Assembly (NCBI GenBank): GCA_949358305.1
Contig: OX442314.1
Coordinates: 30,938,001 to 31,002,000 of the forward strand
Direction of reading: 5' to 3'
Length of the DNA stretch: 64,000 bases
From: Strigamia acuminata
Taxonomy: Eukaryota
Part shown: positions 55,405 to 64,000 of the stretch, one piece after another
How the letters are laid out: the number at the start of each line of letters is the position of its first letter
Position numbering within the stretch: the first letter of the stretch is position 1
Translations under genes and position numbers: made by a program
Notes under the pieces: generated by a model
What the model was told of the DNA's origin: nothing
Database searches by the model: none
What the model saw: only the letters and a program-made list of their open reading frames with translations

Positions 55405-57281
55405 AATTAGATTAGATTAAATTAAACCCGAATCCATTTTCATCCACAAAAATGCATTTTTACAGAAAAAAAAATCCATTTTTACAGAAAAAAAAATCCA
55501 TTTTTACAGAAAAAAAAATCCATTTTTACAGAAAAAAAAATCCATTTTTACAGAAAAAAAAATCCATTTTCATCCACAAAAATGCATTTTGAGACAAAAA
55601 AAAGCATTGACACAAAAAATGCATTTTCGGACAAAAGAAAGCATTTTGTTTTGAGACAAAAAAAAATGCATTTTGAGACAAAAAAAAAATCTATTTTCGT
55701 ACACAAAAATGTATTTTGAGACAAAAAAAAGCATTTTGACACAAAAAATGCATTTTTATAGAAAAAAAAATCCATTTTCATCCACAAAAATGCATTTTGA
55801 GACAAAAAAAAGCATTTTGACACAAAAAAAGCATTTTGACACAAAAAATGCATTTTGACACAAAAAATGCATTTTCGGACAAAAGAAAGCATTTTGTTTT
55901 GAGACAAAAAAAATGCACGTATCACAGTGAAAAAAAAACGTCAAAAACAAATTTAAAAAAATGCAGTTTTACCTTCTACAATGTCCTAGTGGCCCGGGTG
56001 AAGTTGGGGGCCAAAACCTAGAAAAATAGGAAGAAATAAAACACAAAAAATCGATTTCTTTGCAGAAATGGCAAAAAAATCAACAGAGAACGAGCAAATA
56101 CTCATCTAAAATCTAAAATCCATCCTCGGGGTCCTTTGGGCAGTCGAAAGTAGCTGGAATATAAAATAAAAATTAAATTACACACCGCAAATCGCTTGAA
56201 AAACCTCAACAAAAATTAAGCCTACTCACTGCATACGCACGCGGTCGGGGCCGTTCCACGGGTGTTTGGCCGGTCGGAAATAGCTGAAATATAAAATATA
56301 AACTAAATTAAACACCACAAATCGATTAAAAAACCTCATCATCATCATCATCAAAATCAAACAACACACCTACCGGTAGTGGAACATGGCTGCCGAGTGT
56401 CATCACGCTCAACAACAATCACAACCATCACAAAAATCACAATAAAATGGCTGCCTCGCTCGAGCTCTTCACCCGACCGATTTACTTTGTCGAATGGCAC
56501 CATCCTGTCCGTGCACGAAGACTTTATGTAGACTAGACTATATATAGTAACCACCCAGATACACATAGACCTATACTTATATATAAATAATATAATGTTT
56601 TGTACCTATCTAGAAATAAGTAGGCCTAAATTTAACATGCAATTGCATGTTAATCTGGGCACAAGTAGCGAAAATGACGCTCTTGACATCGCTCCAAAAC
56701 CCGAGTTAGATCACAGATCACAGATCAGCTCTTAAAACTCTTGAATTTACTCGCTAGAGTGCGTCCATTAAGAATTAAATTCAATTTAAAAATTAAAAAT
56801 TCGATTAAAAATTAAAATTAAAATTAAAAATTGAAATTACCGGTATTTCATTATTTACAATTGAAATTATCTAGAAATTATCTAGATTACACGCAGTCGG
56901 AGTCGGACAGCATCTATACATCTATATTCTATCCGTGTTGTTTTAAACCTAACCGATGCGATCGACGTGTTGCCTAAAATCTACAAATCCAGCCGCTCCG
57001 AACTAACTCACCGATGAGCAGCGATTGATTAATTTATTGTATCAACCAAATTTCACTTTTCATTTTTCATTTTTCCCTTTTTTTCATTTCTAATTTCTCA
57101 TTTTTAACTTCTAACTTTTATTAGTTCTACCAAACGAATACGGCGTCACCCAGCGCAAAGTAGCTTTGCTTCCAGGCACCAAAAACATTATTAAAGACGA
57201 TTTTAGACTCTTGACAAATTTATCCTCTTTTATTATGAAACCTACTTACGTTAGTTAATTCTGCTTTCTCTTTTAAATATA

Positions 57282-58007
57282 ATGGCGCAAAAGAAAGCGG
57301 TTAGACCGACGATCAACGGCGTCAAGACGACTAAAAAGACTGTCGATGAGGATAATGTCAAAAACGAGGCTTCGACGACGACCGAGACGAACGATTTTCC
57401 ACAAAACGACTCGACAAACGCCAATAAAACGAACGAACCCGAAACGACAACAATTCCTACACCGGACGAAACCACGACCAAAATGTCGACAGATTTCGAC
57501 GTCCTCCTCAAGCCAACAACATCAATCGAGCTGAAGAAAGTGACGACACAAATCAAGACAACTCTTCGTCCGAAACTCAGTTTAAAACCGCACGAATTAC
57601 GCAACGAAACGATCGGAAACGACGTCACATCTCAGTCCCGTCTTCGAACAATAAGCAGCGAGACACCCAGATCAACATCGCCCAACAAATCCACTCACAA
57701 CACGGACGAAAATGCCCCATTGAGTCGCCCATTGGTCTACGTGTCCTCGACATCTTTCCGACACAATCGCACGACTTCAAAACCAAACGAAACGACACCA
57801 GACGTGGCAAACACCAACACCAAACCCCCACGCACCAAACCCACTCTATTCCCATCCTCCAGAACCAGAATTGACATCACAACCAAACCACTAACAACCA
57901 GACATCGTTCAACTAACATTGCAACACAAACAACAAAACATCGTTCAACTGACATCACTACAAAACCACTAACGACCAGACATCGTTCAACCACAAAAGG
58001 GACGACG

Positions 58008-58038
<31 letters not shown>

Positions 58039-59414
58039 CCAGTACAACAACAAAAAAGACGACAACAACACCCATAGCATCAACAACTCCAATTTCGTCT
58101 CAACCGGTCGAAGACTTTGACGAGATCGAAGCGTCATTCGTTGACGGCATATTTGGTTTGCGGCTCCCGACAGACTTCGACACAGACGGCGAAATAGACA
58201 CAAAAACTACACCAAAACCAATCAAAACTGCAAAAACATTGGCAACCAAACAACCGAGCAAGCAAAGCAGATTCCCGACTACTACCGTCGGGTTATCCGA
58301 GGCTACGAAACCGAAAAACCAAAAGACGAAACCGTTTGCCGAGCACGAGCGCGACAACACGCGAGACAACACGATCGGGCGACTGCAGCACAGCGAATCG
58401 GTTTTGATTCTCAGCACGACGCCGTACCCTCGAATCCGTCCGAATTGGCACCGACGGAACCAAACCCGACCCACCACCGTGATAACCAACACGCAAATAT
58501 CGGCCCTGGACGAAATGGTCATGAAATACCTAACGTCGACCACCCGCGCGTCCAAACTGACCGACGATTTTGACGCTTTCATTCTGACCGATCCGTTCGA
58601 CACGAACAAAATCAAAACGAGCACCGCGGAGCCCAAAATGGACCCTGAGATCATCCCCGGTTACTTCACCGACGTTACCACGAAAGCGGAAAGCGTCACG
58701 CGACCCTCCAAAGTGACCACCATTTTGACCAGCGGTCAGTTTCCGGTCATAGAAAAAGTGAACAACTTTAAATCGTCGCAAGCCGTTGGCGGGAATAACC
58801 TCGGGTTTCACCTACCGCCCAGTTTTTGGCCCACTCGTTACGCACTGACCACAACGCCGACGTTGCAAGCGCCGAAACGACAACGGTTGTTGTTTTCGTC
58901 CAAACGGAGACTCTCCGGTCAACATCGGCAGTCGCGGCGGTCCACGTACGATTACGGGTCGGTCACGTCGCCGTCGCCGAGTTTGATCGAGGACGACGTC
59001 ACGGACACGTTGGTCAAGTTCGGGGTCCGTCTCGCGCGCTCGAAACGCGAGGAGAAGTCGCCGGCGGTCGTCAATCCGTTCCCGGAACACGTTGCGACGT
59101 ACCAGCATCCGTTTTTCGGCCAAGTCGGCGTGTTGTTCAACAAGACGTCGGGCACGTTGCAGATGGAGTACGGGTTTTACGGGAAGGCGCATTTGTTGCC
59201 GTACGTGCAGAGCAATACGTTTCTGCTGCGATTTTTCAGCGCCGTTTGGTACGTGTCGGAAAGCGACGACAGCAGACGGCTACCGAGGAGTGTTTTCATG
59301 GTCCATTTCAAGGGGGGTTCGTCGGACGGGCGACCGGAACGATTTATTGTGCCTTTCTTCGATCCCCGATTGCCGCCTACGTTCGTTAGGGTTAGGTCTT
59401 CGGATAGGAAATAA
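57282..59414 (+). CDS. Mucin-like/DUF3471-like protein, copy 13 (N135)
   Basis: Intact 710-aa ORF. Confidence 0.8.
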
Positions 59415-59652
59415 ATAGAAGTTGGAAAGATATGGGGAGTGTTTGAGTATAATTATAGCGTTTTCTTGCTTTCTTTTTCACTACATTTTAATTGTTTTAT
59501 TACTGTTACGATGGGAAAAAAGGAGCTTAATAATTGCCAAAAAACATTTTTTTTTTTACTCATTAATTTGAAATGTAAATAAAATAAAATAATTCTCCGA
59601 TTTTTTCTTTTTTTGATGTGGAATTACGATCAAGCAGTCCTGCAGTTTGGGT

Positions 59653-60096
59653 TTAATTAAAATGTGGTTGGTCGACTCTGTTTTGGAGTGTGAGTTCAGT
59701 TTGACTGACGATGGTTGCAATAAACAAACCCTGTCCGCCGGTAATGAACCGTAGTGGAAACTGAAATAATCCTCCGAGTTTATTATATTTTAATGTGGGA
59801 AACTCGAATAATATTTCTTTGCAAACCTGAGTTTCTTTCTGCACACGTTTGAAAGCGATAATTATACAATAATACAATAGCTTCCAATGAAGCAAATCTC
59901 ATTTCATGGCAATGCAGTTTCTGGGTCCAGCTCCGAATGGGATGAGATACGTAAAAGGATTTACTGCGATTTGCTTTGTTTTCGGGAGAAAAACAAACCT
60001 GTTTTGAAGCAAAATAAACACAAGAAAACAGATTAAATTAAAGACTCTCTTATTTTACGAATCAATATACCTTTCAGGATCAAATGTTTGTAGATT
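59653..60096 (-). pseudogene. Cytochrome P450 3' fragment, copy 13
   Basis: Same as copy 1. Confidence 0.88.
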
Positions 60097-61951
60097 AATT
60101 AGATTAGATTAAATTAAACCCGAATCCATTTTCATCCACAAAAATGCATTTTTACAGAAAAAAAAATCCATTTTTACAGAAAAAAAAATCCATTTTTACA
60201 GAAAAAAAAATCCATTTTTACAGAAAAAAAAATCCATTTTCATCCACAAAAATGCATTTTGAGACAAAAAAAAGCATTGACACAAAAAATGCATTTTCGG
60301 ACAAAAGAAAGCATTTTGTTTTGAGACAAAAAAAAATGCATTTTGAGACAAAAAAAAAATCTATTTTCGTACACAAAAATGTATTTTGAGACAAAAAAAA
60401 GCATTTTGACACAAAAAATGCATTTTTATAGAAAAAAAAATCCATTTTCATCCACAAAAATGCATTTTGAGACAAAAAAAAGCATTTTGACACAAAAAAA
60501 GCATTTTGACACAAAAAATGCATTTTGACACAAAAAATGCATTTTCGGACAAAAGAAAGCATTTTGTTTTGAGACAAAAAAAATGCACGTATCACAGTGA
60601 AAAAAAAACGTCAAAAACAAATTTAAAAAAATGCAGTTTTACCTTCTACAATGTCCTAGTGGCCCGGGTGAAGTTGGGGGCCAAAACCTAGAAAAATAGG
60701 AAGAAATAAAACACAAAAAATCGATTTCTTTGCAGAAATGGCAAAAAAATCAACAGAGAACGAGCAAATACTCATCTAAAATCTAAAATCCATCCTCGGG
60801 GTCCTTTGGGCAGTCGAAAGTAGCTGGAATATAAAATAAAAATTAAATTACACACCGCAAATCGCTTGAAAAACCTCAACAAAAATTAAGCCTACTCACT
60901 GCATACGCACGCGGTCGGGGCCGTTCCACGGGTGTTTGGCCGGTCGGAAATAGCTGAAATATAAAATATAAACTAAATTAAACACCACAAATCGATTAAA
61001 AAACCTCATCATCATCATCATCAAAATCAAACAACACACCTACCGGTAGTGGAACATGGCTGCCGAGTGTCATCACGCTCAACAACAATCACAACCATCA
61101 CAAAAATCACAATAAAATGGCTGCCTCGCTCGAGCTCTTCACCCGACCGATTTACTTTGTCGAATGGCACCATCCTGTCCGTGCACGAAGACTTTATGTA
61201 GACTAGACTATATATAGTAACCACCCAGATACACATAGACCTATACTTATATATAAATAATATAATGTTTTGTACCTATCTAGAAATAAGTAGGCCTAAA
61301 TTTAACATGCAATTGCATGTTAATCTGGGCACAAGTAGCGAAAATGACGCTCTTGACATCGCTCCAAAACCCGAGTTAGATCACAGATCACAGATCAGCT
61401 CTTAAAACTCTTGAATTTACTCGCTAGAGTGCGTCCATTAAGAATTAAATTCAATTTAAAAATTAAAAATTCGATTAAAAATTAAAATTAAAATTAAAAA
61501 TTGAAATTACCGGTATTTCATTATTTACAATTGAAATTATCTAGAAATTATCTAGATTACACGCAGTCGGAGTCGGACAGCATCTATACATCTATATTCT
61601 ATCCGTGTTGTTTTAAACCTAACCGATGCGATCGACGTGTTGCCTAAAATCTACAAATCCAGCCGCTCCGAACTAACTCACCGATGAGCAGCGATTGATT
61701 AATTTATTGTATCAACCAAATTTCACTTTTCATTTTTCATTTTTCCCTTTTTTTCATTTCTAATTTCTCATTTTTAACTTCTAACTTTTATTAGTTCTAC
61801 CAAACGAATACGGCGTCACCCAGCGCAAAGTAGCTTTGCTTCCAGGCACCAAAAACATTATTAAAGACGATTTTAGACTCTTGACAAATTTATCCTCTTT
61901 TATTATGAAACCTACTTACGTTAGTTAATTCTGCTTTCTCTTTTAAATATA

Positions 61952-62677
61952 ATGGCGCAAAAGAAAGCGGTTAGACCGACGATCAACGGCGTCAAGACGA
62001 CTAAAAAGACTGTCGATGAGGATAATGTCAAAAACGAGGCTTCGACGACGACCGAGACGAACGATTTTCCACAAAACGACTCGACAAACGCCAATAAAAC
62101 GAACGAACCCGAAACGACAACAATTCCTACACCGGACGAAACCACGACCAAAATGTCGACAGATTTCGACGTCCTCCTCAAGCCAACAACATCAATCGAG
62201 CTGAAGAAAGTGACGACACAAATCAAGACAACTCTTCGTCCGAAACTCAGTTTAAAACCGCACGAATTACGCAACGAAACGATCGGAAACGACGTCACAT
62301 CTCAGTCCCGTCTTCGAACAATAAGCAGCGAGACACCCAGATCAACATCGCCCAACAAATCCACTCACAACACGGACGAAAATGCCCCATTGAGTCGCCC
62401 ATTGGTCTACGTGTCCTCGACATCTTTCCGACACAATCGCACGACTTCAAAACCAAACGAAACGACACCAGACGTGGCAAACACCAACACCAAACCCCCA
62501 CGCACCAAACCCACTCTATTCCCATCCTCCAGAACCAGAATTGACATCACAACCAAACCACTAACAACCAGACATCGTTCAACTAACATTGCAACACAAA
62601 CAACAAAACATCGTTCAACTGACATCACTACAAAACCACTAACGACCAGACATCGTTCAACCACAAAAGGGACGACG

Positions 62678-62708
<31 letters not shown>

Positions 62709-64000
62709 CCAGTACAACAACAAAAAAGACGACAACAACACCCATAGCATCAACAACTCCAATTTCGTCTCAACCGGTCGAAGACTTTGACGAGATCGAA
62801 GCGTCATTCGTTGACGGCATATTTGGTTTGCGGCTCCCGACAGACTTCGACACAGACGGCGAAATAGACACAAAAACTACACCAAAACCAATCAAAACTG
62901 CAAAAACATTGGCAACCAAACAACCGAGCAAGCAAAGCAGATTCCCGACTACTACCGTCGGGTTATCCGAGGCTACGAAACCGAAAAACCAAAAGACGAA
63001 ACCGTTTGCCGAGCACGAGCGCGACAACACGCGAGACAACACGATCGGGCGACTGCAGCACAGCGAATCGGTTTTGATTCTCAGCACGACGCCGTACCCT
63101 CGAATCCGTCCGAATTGGCACCGACGGAACCAAACCCGACCCACCACCGTGATAACCAACACGCAAATATCGGCCCTGGACGAAATGGTCATGAAATACC
63201 TAACGTCGACCACCCGCGCGTCCAAACTGACCGACGATTTTGACGCTTTCATTCTGACCGATCCGTTCGACACGAACAAAATCAAAACGAGCACCGCGGA
63301 GCCCAAAATGGACCCTGAGATCATCCCCGGTTACTTCACCGACGTTACCACGAAAGCGGAAAGCGTCACGCGACCCTCCAAAGTGACCACCATTTTGACC
63401 AGCGGTCAGTTTCCGGTCATAGAAAAAGTGAACAACTTTAAATCGTCGCAAGCCGTTGGCGGGAATAACCTCGGGTTTCACCTACCGCCCAGTTTTTGGC
63501 CCACTCGTTACGCACTGACCACAACGCCGACGTTGCAAGCGCCGAAACGACAACGGTTGTTGTTTTCGTCCAAACGGAGACTCTCCGGTCAACATCGGCA
63601 GTCGCGGCGGTCCACGTACGATTACGGGTCGGTCACGTCGCCGTCGCCGAGTTTGATCGAGGACGACGTCACGGACACGTTGGTCAAGTTCGGGGTCCGT
63701 CTCGCGCGCTCGAAACGCGAGGAGAAGTCGCCGGCGGTCGTCAATCCGTTCCCGGAACACGTTGCGACGTACCAGCATCCGTTTTTCGGCCAAGTCGGCG
63801 TGTTGTTCAACAAGACGTCGGGCACGTTGCAGATGGAGTACGGGTTTTACGGGAAGGCGCATTTGTTGCCGTACGTGCAGAGCAATACGTTTCTGCTGCG
63901 ATTTTTCAGCGCCGTTTGGTACGTGTCGGAAAGCGACGACAGCAGACGGCTACCGAGGAGTGTTTTCATGGTCCATTTCAAGGGGGGTTCGTCGGACGGG
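61952..64000 (+). CDS. Mucin-like/DUF3471-like protein, copy 14 (N135), truncated by the window end
   Basis: ATG at 61952; same sequence, running off the window. Confidence 0.78.

Larger units (their letters stand above)
1..64000 (+). repeat. Tandem gene array / macrosatellite, ~13.7 head-to-tail units of 4605-4692 bp, open at both window ends
   Basis: The same ORF recurs at 1455, 6125, 10730, 15341, 19952, 24563, 29174, 33844, 38536, 43228, 47898, 52590, 57282 and 61952. Spacings are 4670, 4605, 4611 x4, 4670, 4692, 4692, 4670, 4692, 4692, 4670. Confidence 0.99.

Overview
The whole window is one head-to-tail tandem array of about 13.7 near-identical units of 4605-4692 bp. It looks eukaryotic, probably an invertebrate animal, from its short AT-rich GT-AG introns and AATAAA signals. 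Each unit has four parts. (1) A + strand uninterrupted 710-aa ORF: a long Thr/Ser/Pro-rich mucin-like region, an RSKR furin-type site, then a ~120-aa globular domain resembling the C-terminal (DUF3471-like) domain of beta-lactamase-related serine hydrolases, with no catalytic domain. (2) A convergent - strand 3' fragment of a clan-3-like cytochrome P450 (FDPER, FGAGPRNCIA, two introns) disrupted by small insertions. (3) An AT-rich minisatellite that accounts for nearly all unit length variation. (4) A - strand micro-exon gene model missed by the ORF track (14/54/52/45-nt exons, all phase-2 introns). The array shows a 3-unit higher-order periodicity and an N135K polymorphism. One copy carries a patch of 8 purely synonymous substitutions, which suggests the large ORF has been under purifying selection. 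All protein family assignments come from motifs recognised by eye and need HMM or structure confirmation.
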